Source: Mobula hypostoma (lineage: Eukaryota). From it: a stretch of DNA of 64,000 nt. The notes below the pieces were generated by a model, which saw only the letters and a program-made list of their open reading frames with translations, did not search any database and was not told the origin of the DNA. Positions 40,708 through 54,670 of this stretch are shown piece after piece. The stretch is taken from the NCBI RefSeq assembly GCF_963921235.1, contig NC_086097.1, forward strand, positions 249,180,001-249,244,000, read 5' to 3'. Every line of letters begins with the position of its first letter. Position 1 is the stretch's first letter. The position numbers were made by a program, and so were the translations under genes.

Positions 40708-43700
40708 CTAGGAGAAAAAGCAATTCATGATTAGCTTGTACACCAGCGACAATGTACCAATGGTTCCATTCTACAGTAGTTGAGCCTCATGGGGATAATT
40801 CAATATAGTAGATAATCTAATACATTTTGCCAATAGTTTTCAAATTCTGAGCTGAGTATTTATCCACTCTCATCTAGTAGCTTGACTTTTGAGTTGCAAT
40901 TTTTTAGTTAAAACCTCACTTCAGTTTCCACCAATAAAAAGACTGAATGTGAAATTATGCTTAACATGATTGCTTGTCGGTCTATTAATATACATAACAA
41001 TCTAACAATTGCATAATTTTAAATTACCCCTACAGACATCCTGTCACAATTTGACACCCACGTTCAGGTGAAAGCTGTTTCCATCTGTGGGCAGTAACGA
41101 TTTGTGGAGGTAGGAAAATTACGAAAAAGAGAAGGTGCAGAAGAGGTTTATCAGGATGCTGCCTGGTTTGGAAGGCATGTACTATCATGAGAGGCTGGAC
41201 AAACTTGGGTTGTTTTCTCTGGAGCGTCAGGAGGCTGAGGGGAGATCTAACAGAGGGTTATAATATTATGAGAGGCATAGATCTATTTCCCAAGGTAGAA
41301 ATGTCTAACACCAGAGAGCACGTACTGAAGATGAGAGGGAGAAGTCTGGGGGGGGGGCAAGTTTTTTTTGGACACAGGTACGTGGATGTAAGAAGATGGA
41401 TGATGTGGACATGGTGTAGGTAGGAGAGATTAGTGCTTAGGTGTTTTTGATTAGTCTTTTAGCTGGTTCATACAACATTGTACGCCAAATGGTCTGTTCC
41501 TGTGCTGTACCCTATCTTCTAGAGCTTTCTGATTCTGCATCAGTTACTGTCTTCAAGGGTAATACGTCTTCAGTGCAACGTGGAGCAGAGAATCCAATTT
41601 CACATAAAAATTTAATTCCCGTGGAGAGTCAGACACCCTGAGCCGATAGGCTAGTCCTGGACTTATTTCCATCTGGCATAGTTTGCATATTGTTGTTTGA
41701 TCGTTTGTGGGTTTTGTATTGCTATATTTATGGTTGGTGGTTGGTGCAGCTGTAACGAAACCCAGTTTCCCTCGGGATCAATAAAGTATATCTATCTATC
41801 TATAAAAGATGACCAAACTTACAGATAACTTCCCAAAAGTATCATTTAAAGTATATATTCAGTAACCTGTCACTGATTTCAAATCAGCATCTTCCAAATG
41901 CCATCTGAAAGAGTGGGGATTATACTGTTGCCTGAGCAACAAAACAGAGGATAACCCAATCAAACTGGAAAACTGAGAAGCTCTCCAATTCATCTCAGAG
42001 GTGGCAAAGCTCAACTGCCTCCATAACGCCAAGGTAATCAAATTCCATTTGTTTCACCAATATTGTTCATTAAAAATGGTTGAGCTGGTCTCAAGTAACA
42101 CACACAAAATGCTAGAGGAACTCAGCAGGTCAGGAAGCATCTATAAAGACGAATAAAGGGACAACATGCAGAATCTTTTGTGTTTATCCGGTCTAATTGT
42201 CATTCAACCATATATGCGAGTACAGTCAAATGAAACAGTATTACTCTGGAGCCAAGCTGCAAGGCACAAAGTCAAGTCATACACAGAATATATAATTATA
42301 TTAGCAGAAAACCGTAGTTACAAAAATATTAAATAATAATAATAATACTAATGCAGCTCTAGTCCCTGAACATCATGGCCTGTAGTTTGATGGTGCACAG
42401 ATTTTGATCTGGAGTCACATTTAGTCAAGAATAAGTTGCAGCTTGCGCACAAGTGCAGCTACTGGCGAACACAATCCAGCTGGTCTTTCACCCAGCAAAC
42501 ATCAAAGGGCAGCACCAACTGGAGGGAAAAGCCCACAACCCAGTATGGAATCCAGCTCCAGCATCTCCTTTCCTGGTGGCCGCAAAAGGCGACCACAGAG
42601 CGCGAAGGCCTGGTCCGCGCAACAGCCGTGGCAACGCAGCCTCCCTGCCATCAGTCTTTCCAATGAACCTGTGAATGGACTCGTGATGTTTTACATTACC
42701 TATGTGCAACAGGGTCTTGGAATCACAACAGGAACATCCAAGACAATCACCAGCACTGTCCATTGGACCACCAACCACCTCTGACACCTTTCTCCCTGGG
42801 TGCAACACGGCGAACAACAAGTCCAGATTCAACACTATCCAGCAACTTGTTTATGGGGTAGACCTGCAGTACTTGGTATTCTTAATATCCTGCAGTGTCT
42901 TGTGATCTTGAAAAAGACATTAATCATGAACAATTGCACCAATGCTTGGACCCAGAAGGCCACAGCATCTGAGTGCACATACATCTTTACTGGTTTCAAG
43001 TTACTCTCAAGTTTTTGGGAAGGAAGGCAGTATCCCTGTTTATGGAAACCTCGCTTCAAGGAAGCCTCGGGCTATGCTGTCTACCTAAGGAATAGTCCAA
43101 ATCTGACAACCAGAACTTGAAGTATAGCATACAATGAACTGAATGCGTGTTGAAATATCTCAAATGCAGGAGGTGCACAATTGCTTAAGGCAATTAATAT
43201 CCGGCGGATTAATAATCACTGATTTTCGTGGTGACATTCATACATGTATGACTGATTTAAAATTTAACGGAAACCCAACTGTTGATCGATCAAACACAAC
43301 TAAACCTGAGATTTACTGAAGAACAAATGAAACTCAAGACTCCACATAAATACTGCTCAGCCAGAGTACTTGTCAAATTGAGGGCATTACAAAATAAAAA
43401 TCGTAACTAAATTTCAACAAAACCAATTGATCAAATTATCAAAATGTCATTTCAAAAATGTTTTAAAAATAACAAATTTTAATATGCATATCCTACAAAT
43501 GATTCATAATTTTCAGTTTCATCTTTTCACACTCCCTCCATACGTATCCTTTAGAAATGGATGGGAGGCACAATAGTGTAGTGGTTTATAGTACAAATGA
43601 CCCAGGTTCAATTCCTGCCGTGGCCTGTAAGGACTTTGTATGTTCTCCCCATGACCATGTCGATTTCCTCCCACAGTCCAAAGACGTACCTGTTGGCAGG

Positions 43701-44719
43701 TTAAATGATCATTGAAAATTGTCCCGTGATAGGCTAGAATTAAATTGGGGGATTGCTCAAAGGGCCAGAAAGCCCTGTTCTGCTCTGTATTTCAACAAAG
43801 TAACAATGTAGGCTCTACATTGCTCGCATTTTTTTCCATAGTTCTGAGTCCTACCAGATTTATGCTTTTTTTTATATACAAAAATGCCTTCAGCTAGGAC
43901 GCCGAGAGAGGGACCCATTTGGGTACAGAGAAGCTGATCTGGCTGCAGATCACGTTGTGGGCCGCTACTCGGAAGCTTCGAAGTTGGTGAGGTGCAACCG
44001 TGGGAGACTGTCTCGGGTGTTTCACTTGCGATCGCACGACTCTGTTGGACAGGGATGATACAAGTTGCTGCAGGCCTGTTACCCTTGTTTGGTGGTGGGA
44101 CAGGCAACATGTGAATTGTGCGGCCTCAGTCCTCAGGCTTGCCTGCAGCTGCAGAGTTGGTGACACAGAAACACTATAGTGTGCTGTCCGCACTTGGCTG
44201 GGGCCTGGCCTCTCCCCTTGTTGCTGGCCTCCCGTGTTCGAGCAGTGGAATGAGTTGCGTGCGTCTGCACAATGTAGGGGGCCACTACCATTGATTGTTG
44301 GACATTATTGGCAGGGTTTTGGACTATACACATACCCACACAACACTTTTTTTTCCTCAAGTGAATATGCTTCTTTGGTCGCCATTTTGAATTATGTTAA
44401 TTGCCGTTTTAAATATTATTTGCTATTTTGAAGTTTACTTTGAATGTTTTACACCTTGACCCCTCATTCAGCTGTAATTATGTATGGTTCTTGCTTTCAG
44501 CACAACCAAGACCCTCACTCTTGAGTCAAATGTACAATGGAGACTGGGTCTCCAAATACATACAGCAAAAAAATTCTGCACAGCTCATCATACTACCACT
44601 GAAACACACTACCATTCCAGCACCAATGTCAACACCTACAGGCTTTCTAGAGACAATATAACCAAGAGACCAAACAACCCTGCATCCACAAGATATTTTC
44701 AACCTAACAACCTAATAGG

Positions 44720-45265
44720 ACCCTGGTCAGTCCCCACTTGCAGTACTGTGCTCAGTTCTGGTCACCTCGCTACAGGAAGAATGTGGAAACTATAGAAAGG
44801 GTGCAGAGGAGATTTACAAGGATGTCGCCTGGTAGGTTGAGCAAACTTGGCCTTTTCTCCTTGGAGCGACATAGGTTGAGAGGTAACCTGATAGAGGTGT
44901 ATAAGATGATGAGAGGCATTGATCGTGTGGATAGTCAGAGGCTTTTTCCCAGGGCTGAAATGGCTAACACAAGAGGACACAGTTTTAAGGTGCTTGGAAG
45001 TAGGCAGAGGAGATGTCAGGGGTAAATTATTTCTATTTATTTTTATACACAGAGAGTGGTGAGTGCGTGGAATAGGCTGCTGGCGGCAGTGGTGGAGGTT
45101 AATACAATTGGGTCTTTTAAGAGACTCCTGGATAAGTACATGGAGCTTAGAAAAATAGAGGGCTATGGATAACACTAGGCAATTTCTAAAGTAAGTACAT
45201 GTTTAGCACAGCATTGTGGGCCGAAGGGAATGGATTGTGTTGTACATTTTCTATGTTTTCTATGT
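44720..45265 (+). mobile_element. CR1 3' fragment
   Basis: QYCAQFWSPRYRK...RLFPRAEMANTRGH; same subfamily as 32985-33145 and 37655-38000. Confidence 0.85.
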
Positions 45266-46459
45266 GTCTAACCAAAGGCTAAATAAGCACTGGAGACCCC
45301 AAAACCACAAGTAGAATTTCAGCCTAAGTAACAGACAGCATCTCCTGACAAAATAAGGCAAACTTCAATTAATAAGCCTCCAATATGAGCTACGTATTCC
45401 ACAAATGAAATTTCAAATGGTGCAAATTAAATACAATTTATGACTTGCATTTTCCAATAGCACTGGCCAAAAAGTAGGTTACCAATATTACTTTGAACAA
45501 CAGTAATATTTGTGTCCAATACCTGGGGAACTAGTACATCCTCCAAATTTTCTTCACAAAAGTATGGGTGAGAGGCATTGTTTCTCAGAACTAGAAATAA
45601 GATGTTCAATAGTGGCTGCAGTCCAAAGACAGATTTCTGATGTCAAGTCGACCAAATTAAATGGTAGTGTAAAGAAATCCATCACAAAATGGATTAAGGC
45701 AAATTCATCCCAAGCTCAAAATGGAAAGAAACAAATTTATCCATAAATCAGTAATGCTCCAAAACAAAAAGTGGGATCAACATCTCAAATCAAGTAACAA
45801 GCAAAACCATTTAACAATTTAACCCAACAATCAGAAAGACATCTAGAGCTTACTCATTCACCCACCTCGACTTGAAAACCAAACAAATATCATTTCAGAG
45901 TTAAAATTCAACAAGCTTTTAATGCTCTCCCTGGGATTTACATATTTCTGATACAGTGTGATAAGAAATATTTCATAACCTTAAAATCAAAGCCAGTACA
46001 TTCAGGAAATGTCCCCTTTACTAGACCTAGACCTTTCCACAAGTAGTAAAGCACAAAATCTCCAGCACATCAAGTTCTTTCAAAATCCTAAAGCATTACA
46101 CCATTTATCTTCTGTACACAAGTTTGAGAGGGTTTATTTATTTATTGAGCTGCATCACAGAACAGGCCCTTCTGGCCCTTTGAGCTGTCCCACCCAGCAA
46201 CCCCCAATTTAACCCTAGCCTAATCACAGGACAACTTACAATGACCAATTAACCTTCTAACCAGTACATTTTTGGACTGTGGGAGGAAACCGGAGCACCC
46301 GGAGGAAACCCATGCATTCCACGGGAAGGATGTACAGGCACCTAACAAATGATGTCAGAACTGAACTCTGATCTCCAAAGGCCTGAGCTATAGTAATGTC
46401 ACACTAACCAATACACTACTGTGGCACCCAGGAAACAATTGGAATATCTGTAACATTAA

Positions 46460-48415
46460 AGACCTCCAGCATCTAGCACATGCCCTTTTCTCACTGTTAC
46501 CATCAGGTAGGAGATACAGAAGCCTGAAGGCACACACTCAGCGATTCAGGAACAGCTTCTTCCCTTCTGACATCCGATTCCTAGATGGACTTTGAAGCTT
46601 TGGACACTACCTCACTTTTTAAAAATATACAGTATTTCTGTTTTTGCACATTTTTTTAATAATCTATTCAATATACATACAGTGGCATGCAAAAGTTTGG
46701 GCACCCCTGGTCAAAATTTCTGTTACTGTGAATAGCTAAGCGAGTAAAAGATGACCTGATTTCCAAAAGGCGTAAAGTTAAAGATGACACATTTCTTTAA
46801 TATTTTAAGCAAGATTACTTTTTTTATTTCCATCCTTACAGTTTCAAAGTAACAAAAAAGGAAAAGGGCCCGAAGCAAAAGTCTGGGCACCCTGCATGGT
46901 CAGTACTTAGTAACTCCCCCTTTGGCAAGTATCACTTTCTGTAGCCCGCTAAGAGTCTCTCAATTCTTGTTTGGGGGATTTTCCCCCATTCTTCCTTGCA
47001 AAAGGCTTCTAGTTCTGTGAGATTCTTGGGCCGTCTTGCATGCACTGCTCTCTTGAGGTCTATCCACAGATTCTCGATGATGTTTAGGTCGGGGGACTGT
47101 GAGGGCCATGGCAAAACCTTCAGCTTGCGCCTCTTGAGGTAGTCCATTGTGGATTTTGAGGTTCATTATCCTGTTGCAGAAGCCATCCTCTTTTCATCTT
47201 CAACTTTTTTACAAACGGTGTGATGTTTGCTTCCAGAATTTGCTGGTATTTAATAGAATTCATTCTTCCCTCTACCAGTGAAATGTTCCCCGTGCCACTG
47301 GCTGCAACACAAGCCCAAAGCATGATCGATCCACCCCCGTGCTTAACAGTTGGAGAGGGGTCCTTTTCATGAAATTCTGCTCCCTTTTTTCTTCAAGCGT
47401 ACCTTTGCTCATTGCAGCCAAAAAATTCTATTTTAACTTCATCAGTCCACAGGACTTGTTTCCAAAATGCATCAGGCTTGTTTAGATGCTTCTTTGTAAA
47501 CTTCTGACGCTGAATTTTGTGGTGAGGATGCAGGAAGGTTTTCTTCTGATGACTCTTCCATGAAGGTCATATTTGTGTAAATGTCGCTGCACAGTAGAAC
47601 AGTGCACCACCACTACAGAGTCTGCTAAGTCTTCCTGAAGGTCTTTTTCAGTCAAATGGGGATTTTGATTTGCCTTTCTAGTAATCCTACAAGCAGTTCT
47701 CTCAGAAAGTTTTCTTGGTCTTCCAGACCTCAACTTGACCTCCACCATTCCTGTTAACTGCCACTTCTTAATTACATTACGAACTGAGGAAACGGCTACC
47801 TGAAAACACTTTGCTATCTTCTTATAGCCTTCTCCTGCTTTGTGGGCATCATTTATTTTAATTTTCAGAGTCCTAGGCAGCTGCTTAGAGGAGCCAATGG
47901 CCGCTGATTGTTGGGACAAGGTTCGAGGAGTCAGGGTATTTAACAAAGCTTTGAAACTTGCATCACCTGGCCTTTCCTAACGATAACTGTGAACAAGCCG
48001 TAGCCCTAACAAGCTCTGGTCTGAGACCTCGGTAAAAGTTATCTGAGAGCTCAAATCACTTGGGGTGCCCAAACTTTTGCATGGTGCTCCTTTCCTTTTT
48101 TCTCCCCCCTCTAAAATTGTACAAAACAAAAATAATACACTAATCTTGCTTAAAATGTTGAAAAGAATGTTTCACCTTTAACTTTATGACTTCTGGAGAT
48201 CAGTTCATCTTCTACTCACTTAACTATTCACAGTAACAGAAATTTTGACCGGGGTGCCCAAACTTTTGCATGCCACTGTAATTGATTTACTTATTATGTT
48301 TTATTTTATTATTTTTTTCTCTCTCACTGCTAGATTATGTATGGCATTGAACTGCTGCTGCGAAGTTAACAAATTTCACGTCACATGCCGGTGATAATAA
48401 ACCTGATTCTGATGA
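46460..48415 (+). mobile_element. L2/Rex1-like LINE 3' end hosting the Tc1
   Basis: FSLLPSGRRYRSLKAHTQRFRNSFFP before the Tc1; gataataaacctgattctga tail after it. Confidence 0.75.
46680..48278 (-). mobile_element. Complete Tc1 (IR/DR type) transposon with pseudogenised transposase
   Basis: TA at 46678-79 and 48279-80; TIR cagtggcatgcaaaagtttgggcacccc; inner DRs near 46875 and 48062; GRPRK, WTDE, QQDN and WPSQSPDLNIIE in different frames. Confidence 0.95.
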
Positions 48416-49419
48416 ATCTATAATGCATTTTTCCCATGGCTCTTGTCCTGTGAGGCAGGGGTTCCCAATGTTTTTTATGCCACGAACCAATACCATTAAG
48501 CAGGGGTCCGTGGACCACAGGTACGGCATCCAGTATTCTAGATTTATAATTAGGCACTGTTATGGTTGTACTGATCTTCCTTGCTTATATACCAGTCCCT
48601 ACTCATTGGGTTTTAGGGTGATATCATTGTATTTCACCATGCAATTGACGGCAGAGAATACTGAACTTCCACATATCCCCAACAGTAACTCAATCACAAT
48701 ATCTAGAACTTAAGTCTCCTGCTGGGCCGCATCTCAATTAATGACGAGTCACAGTATAGAAAGTAGACAGTGTTGACACTGTGGGAAAGATATGACACCA
48801 TGTCACCGGCTACATCAATTTTTTTGTGACTGTATGCTTTTCTGCTATCATAACCATATGTGCTGTGTGCTGTTGGTAATCTGTTTTGTACCTTGGCCCC
48901 GGAGGAACATCGTTTTGTTTGGTTGTATTCATGTATGGTTGTATGATAATTAAACTTGAAGTGTTCAAATCTCTCAACCTCAACGTTATTCAAGTTAAGG
49001 TTCCCAGGTGTGAACATCACCATTAGCCCGTCTTGGTCTAACCACACTGAAAATTTATCGTCTTTGTTTCCTCGGGAGGCTAAAGAAATTTGGCATATCC
49101 CCACTGACCCTCAAGCTATTTTTATTGATGCACCACAGAAAGCACACTGTCTGCATGCATAATGGTTTGATTTTGCAACTGCACATGACCGTAAGAAACT
49201 GCAGAGAGTTGTGAACGCAGCTCAGAATATTGTATGAATATCAGCCTCCACTCTGTGGACTTTGTCTACACTTTTCACTGTCCCAGTAAAGAATCCAACA
49301 CAATCAAAGACTCCACCCACGCTGGACAACCTCTGTTCTCCCCTCTCCCAACAGGCAAAAGACACAAAAGCCTGACAGCACAACCCCTCACACTCAAAAG
49401 AGGGCTTCTATCCCACTGT

Positions 49420-50180
49420 TGAAAGAGCACAGAGAAAATTTACAAGGATGTTGCCGGGTCTGGAGGACCATAGAACTATACAGCACACAACAGGCCTTCC
49501 GGCCCACAATTTTGTGCCAACCATGTAACCTATTCTAGAAACTGTCTAGAATTGTTCTACCGCATAGCCCTCTATTTTTCTAAGCTCCATGTACCTACCT
49601 AGGAGTCTCTTAAAAGACCCTATTGTATCCACCTTAACCACTATTGCTAGCAGTGTATTCCACACACCCACCACTGTGTGAAAAACTTACCCCTGACATC
49701 CCGTCCGTTCCTACTTCCAAGCACTTTAAAACTGTACTCCCTCATATTAGCCCTTACAACCCTGGGAAAAGTTACAAGAAAAGACTGAATATGTTAGAAC
49801 TTTATTTTTTCTAATGTAGAAGATCGAAAGGAGATTTGATAGAGGTATACAAAATTATAAGGGGTATAGATAGGGTAAATGCAAGCAGGCCTTTTCTGCT
49901 AAGGCTGGGTGAGACTACAACTAGAGATCATAGATCATGGGCAAAAAGTGAAAAGTTTAAGGGGAACATGAAGGGAAACTTCTTCACTCAGAGGGTGGTG
50001 GGAGTGTGGAATGGGCTGCCAGCACAAGTGGTGCATGCAAGCTTGATTTCAATGTTTAAGAGAAATTTGGATAGGTACATGGATGGTAGGGATATGGAGG
50101 GCTACGGTCCGGATGGAGGTCGATGGGAGTAGGCAGTTTAAATGCTTTGGTGTGGACTAGATGGACTGAAGGGCCATTTC
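49420..50180 (+). mobile_element. CR1 3' fragment with nested antisense CR1 (about 49470-49770)
   Basis: IEVYKIIRGIDRVNASR...FFTQRVV; host split after ctggaggacc. Confidence 0.8.
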
Positions 50181-50509
50181 TGCATGGTCCTTCTCCAAGA
50201 CTGTTATCAGACTCTTGAACGGACGTCTTGTACAATAAGGAGGATTCGGCCTCACCATCTACCTCATTCTGAGCATTTACCTGCAGAGCATTCTTCCAGT
50301 AGCTTTTACACTTTATTCTGCATTGTTACTGTTTTACCTTCATCCACCTCAATACACTGTGTAGTGATCTGATCTGTATGAACATTATACAAGACAGGCT
50401 TTTCACTGCATCTTGGTATATGTGACAATATCAAACCTTGGGAATTATAAGAAACTAAACATAATTCGTATTATCTGTCTCAAGACAGTTTCCAAACACA
50501 TATTCACTA

Positions 50510-51290
50510 GTCTGGGAGAGGGTCCAGGAGGTTCACAAAAATGAAGGGTTCCAATATGAGGAACATTTGATGGCTCTGGGCCTGTATTCGCTGGAGTTTA
50601 GAAGAATGGGGGGGGGGGGAGAAGAGGAGATCTCATTGAAACCTACTGAATATTGAAAGGCCTAGATAGTGCGGGGGTGGAAAGAATGTTTCCTGTTGTG
50701 GGGGAGTCTACGACCAGAGGACACAGCCTCAGAATACAGGGACAACTATTTAGAACAGAAATAAGTCCAGAACCAGAGGCCATAGTTTAAGAATAAGGGG
50801 TAGGCCATTTAGAATAGAGTTGAGGAAAAACTTTTTCACCCAGAGAGTGGTGGATATATGGAATGCTCTGCCCCAGAAGGCTGTGGAGGCTAAGTCTCTG
50901 GATGCTTTCAAGAAAGAGATGGATAGAGCTCTTAAAGATAGTGGAATCAAAGGTTATGGGCATAAGGCAGGAACTGGATATTGAATGTGAATGATCAGCC
51001 ATGATCACAGTGAATGGCGGTGCTGGCTCGAAGGGCCGAATGACCTACTCCTGCACCTATTGTCTATTGACTTTCTTTAGCCAGAGAAGTGAATCTGGGG
51101 AATTCGTTTCCTCAGACGGCTATTGAGTATATTTAAAGCATATGTTGATAGGTTCTTCATTAGTCAGTGTCTCAAAGGTTTCAGGGAGAAGGCAGAAAAA
51201 TGGGGTTGAGGGGTATAATAAATCAGCCATGATGTAATGGTGGAGCAGACCCAATGGGCCAAATGGCCTAATTCTGCTCATACATCTTGC
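50510..51290 (+). mobile_element. CR1 3' fragment with nested young CR1 (50765-51070)
   Basis: Inner piece is nearly identical by eye to the reverse complement of 2745-3040. Confidence 0.85.
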
Positions 51291-51994
51291 TTACACCATT
51301 CCTAAGACTAGTCATTTCCAGTTTCTGATATTATACAATTTAACCATGTTCATCTCTCCAGGGTTAACTTACTAATAATTAACCTACCAACCCGGGATGA
51401 AACACTCCAGGGTAGACGCATGCAGTCACAAGGATAAAATGCAAATTCTGCAGTCACCATCAGAACTGGGTCACTAGAGCTGTGGTATCAGTACTATCTA
51501 CTGCATATGTCGGCTAGTGTCTATTAACCAAGGTCAGACAAAATTGTTGCCCCCATTCCCCCCCCAGCTCTTACTGACCAATATTGAACAGTGTTGGTTT
51601 TAAAGTTCTTAGCCTAGTTTTCAAATTTAACTGTAGTTTTGGTTGCAAGTCCCCTCTGAAGTATTGGGATGGCATGGTAGTGTAGCGGTTAGTGTAACGC
51701 TATTAAGTGCCAGCGACCAGATTCATTTCCACCTCCAGCTGCAAGGTGTTTGTATGTTCTTCCCGTGACCGGGTGGGTTTCGTCCAAGTGTTGTGATTTC
51801 TGCCCACATTCCAGGACATATGGATTAGTGGATTAATTGGTCACACTGGCATAATTGGGTGGCTTAGACTAGAAGGGCCTGTTATAGCACTGTTGTTCCT
51901 AATAATAAACACTTCTCTACACTGTGTATATAGAGTCACCAGCATCTCCAACGTGATCCTTCCAACAGCGGTTGTTGTATCTGAGGCATTGAAA

Positions 51995-52590
51995 ACTAAG
52001 CACAGAAAGAGCCCTTCAACCCATCTAGTCTGCACTGAACCATTTAAACTGCCTACTCCCATCGATCTGCACCTGGACCATAGCCCTCCTTACCATCAAA
52101 TCCATGTAACTATTCAAACTTCTCTTAAACATTGAAATCAAAATTACACCCACCTCTTGTGCTGGCAGCTCATTCCACACCATCACCACCCAGAGTGCTC
52201 CCCTAAAACTTTTCACCTTTAACCTGTGACCTCTAGTTGTAATATCACTCAACCTCAGTGGAAAAAGTCCGCTTGCATTTACCCTATCCATACCCCTCAT
52301 AATTTTGCAAACCTCATCAAATCTTCTCTCGATCTTATATGTTCTAGTGAATAAAATTCAAACCTATTCAATCTTTCCTTAAAACTTAGGTACTCCAGTC
52401 CCAGCAACATTCTTGTAAATTTTCTCTGTACCCTTTCCAATTTACTTACAGCTTTCCTGTAAGTAGATGACCAAACACTGCACACAGAACTGGATATTAG
52501 GCCTTACCAAAGTTTAATACAACTTCAACTTAACATCCCAACTTCTGTACTCAATACCTTGATCTATAAAAGTCAATCTGACAAAAGCTT
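51995..52590 (-). mobile_element. CR1 3' fragment
   Basis: LERVQRKFTRML; MRGMDRVNASGLFP. Confidence 0.8.
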
Positions 52591-52889
52591 GCTTTCAAAG
52601 GTCTAGGACCCAAACTTGAACTCCTTTCCTAAAAGCAGTCCCACCATTCATCAAAATCATAGCTCAGCTTTTAGCTCAATGACATTGACCTGCACTGTCC
52701 CAAAGCTTTCCGAATGCCCTTAATATGCAGAAATATTTCGACTAATGTTATGAAGTGAGCTCAAAAGACACTCCTCATCCTTCATTAGCGGCCAGCTCAG
52801 TATCATCTGTGCTTTCCCTCTCTTCACAGCATCAACAATGTAGTTTCCTACTTGAGATCTGACCCTTTAAAACTGGAAATCGCAGTAAA

Positions 52890-53070
52890 CAACACACAAA
52901 AAGCGTGAGCAGCTTATCAGGTCAGGCAGCATCTATGGAGGGAAATAAACAGTTGATGTTTTGGGTCAAGATAGAAATGGAAAGGACATCAGTAATGATG
53001 ATGCATTTTGGTCAGAAACTCTCCACAGATGATGCCTGACCTGTTGAGTTCCTCCACATTTTGTGTGTAT
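52890..53070. mobile_element. Decayed inverted pair of Penelope-like termini
   Basis: caggtcaggcagcatct / agatgatgcctgacctg. Confidence 0.6.
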
Positions 53071-53172
53071 TACCCTGCACAATTTCTTTTGTTTATGCAG
53101 AAAACATACTTTTAAGCTATTTAAATTAATTAGCAATAGGACCACCCAGGCGGCAAATACTGCAACTGGATA

Positions 53173-54670
53173 CAGGTGTCCCCCACTTTTCAAACGTTCA
53201 CTTTACGAAACCTCACTGTTACGAAAGACCTACGTTAGTACCCCATTTTCGCTTTCAGAAGGTGTTTTCACTGTTACAAAAAAAATTCAGCACACGATAA
53301 AAAATTTAGCGCGTGCGCCAAGCACCTGCTCTCCCCGGATTCGGAACAGCATTCACGCCAGCATTGCTTTAACACGTGCCTGTGAGTAGCCGTTTGCAAG
53401 ATGAGTTCTATGGTGTCGGAAAAGCCTGAAAGAGCTCGTTAGGGTGTTACACTTACAGTAAAACTAAACATAATTAAGCGTTTCAATCGTGGTGAACGAA
53501 GCAAGGACAAAATGAGTTTGGCTTGTGGAAGCTGACGAAGATGATGTTGAAGAGGTTTTGGCATCCCATAACCAAGAACTGATAGATGAAGAGCTGATGC
53601 AATTGGAAGAGGAAAGGATAACAATCGAAACCGAATGAGTAATGATAAAGTACGACTTAATTTTGAAAGGGTACGTAGGTTTAGGGGATATTTGCAAGAT
53701 TCTTTGAGTCCTTACAAAGAACTGTGTGATAGAAAAATGCGCGAGGCTCAGCAGTCAAGCAGGCCTTCCACATCAGCCACAGCAGACCACGAACCTCGAC
53801 TTTCCACATCGAGGCGGGCAGTCATAGGAGAAGATGAGCTGCCTGTCCTGATCGACGATGAGATGGCACCCCCGTGTCCCACCACCCCAACAGCCGGGAG
53901 GCACACAGCACATCTTTAAGAAAAAAGCCGAAATAAACATGCTAATTAATTAGGTGCCGCCCCACACATAATTGTCAGCCCAGATCAGAGGCGATGCAAT
54001 TGGCAATCGGCACTGATCTGGGCCGACAATTACGTGTCGGGCAGCACGTAATTAATTAGCATGTTTATTTCAGCTTTTTTCTTAAAGATGTACTGGGTGC
54101 GTCCCGGCTACCGCTGGACCCCTGCCTGCTTAGCGGCAATGTATCGGTTGGTGGCCCCGAGGGTGGGGGCCACTGCACCACCCAAACTCCGACTCAGCCT
54201 AACACACCATCATCAGTGTGCTCGGCGCTGAACCAATTCCGGTGGGTGATACTACACTGTACATACGTTATTTCTACTTTATATAGGCTGTGTATTTTTA
54301 CGTGTTATTTGGTAGATTTGGCAGCTTCACAGTTTAAAGGATACTGGAGAGCGCTTGCGCCATGTTTTTGCCAACAGCGCTTGCATGAGATTTTTGCTAC
54401 GGAGATCTGTGCCAGCAATGATTGTGGAAAAGTATTTCTACTTTATATAGGCTGTGTATCTATCATATCATTCCTGCTTTTACTATATGTTACTGTTATT
54501 TTAGGTTTTATGTGTTATTTGGCATGATTTGGTAGGTTATTTTTGGGTCTGCGAACGCTCACAAAATTTTCCCATATAAATAAATGGTAACTGCTTCTTC
54601 GATTTACGACATTTCGGCTTATGAACCGTTTCATAGGAACGCTCTACCTTCGGATGGAGGGGGAAACCTG
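53173..54670 (+). mobile_element. Internally deleted Tigger/pogo DNA transposon
   Basis: TA flanks at 53171-72 and 54671-72; TIR caggtgtccccc / gggggaaacctg; HTH remnant GVTLTVKLNIIKRFNRGERSKD joined to acidic EDDVEEVLASHNQELIDEELMQLEEE. Confidence 0.85.

Noticed and set aside
53410..53919. Domesticated Tigger (TIGD-like) gene
   Set aside because: DDE domain deleted, in-frame stops, TIRs retained.
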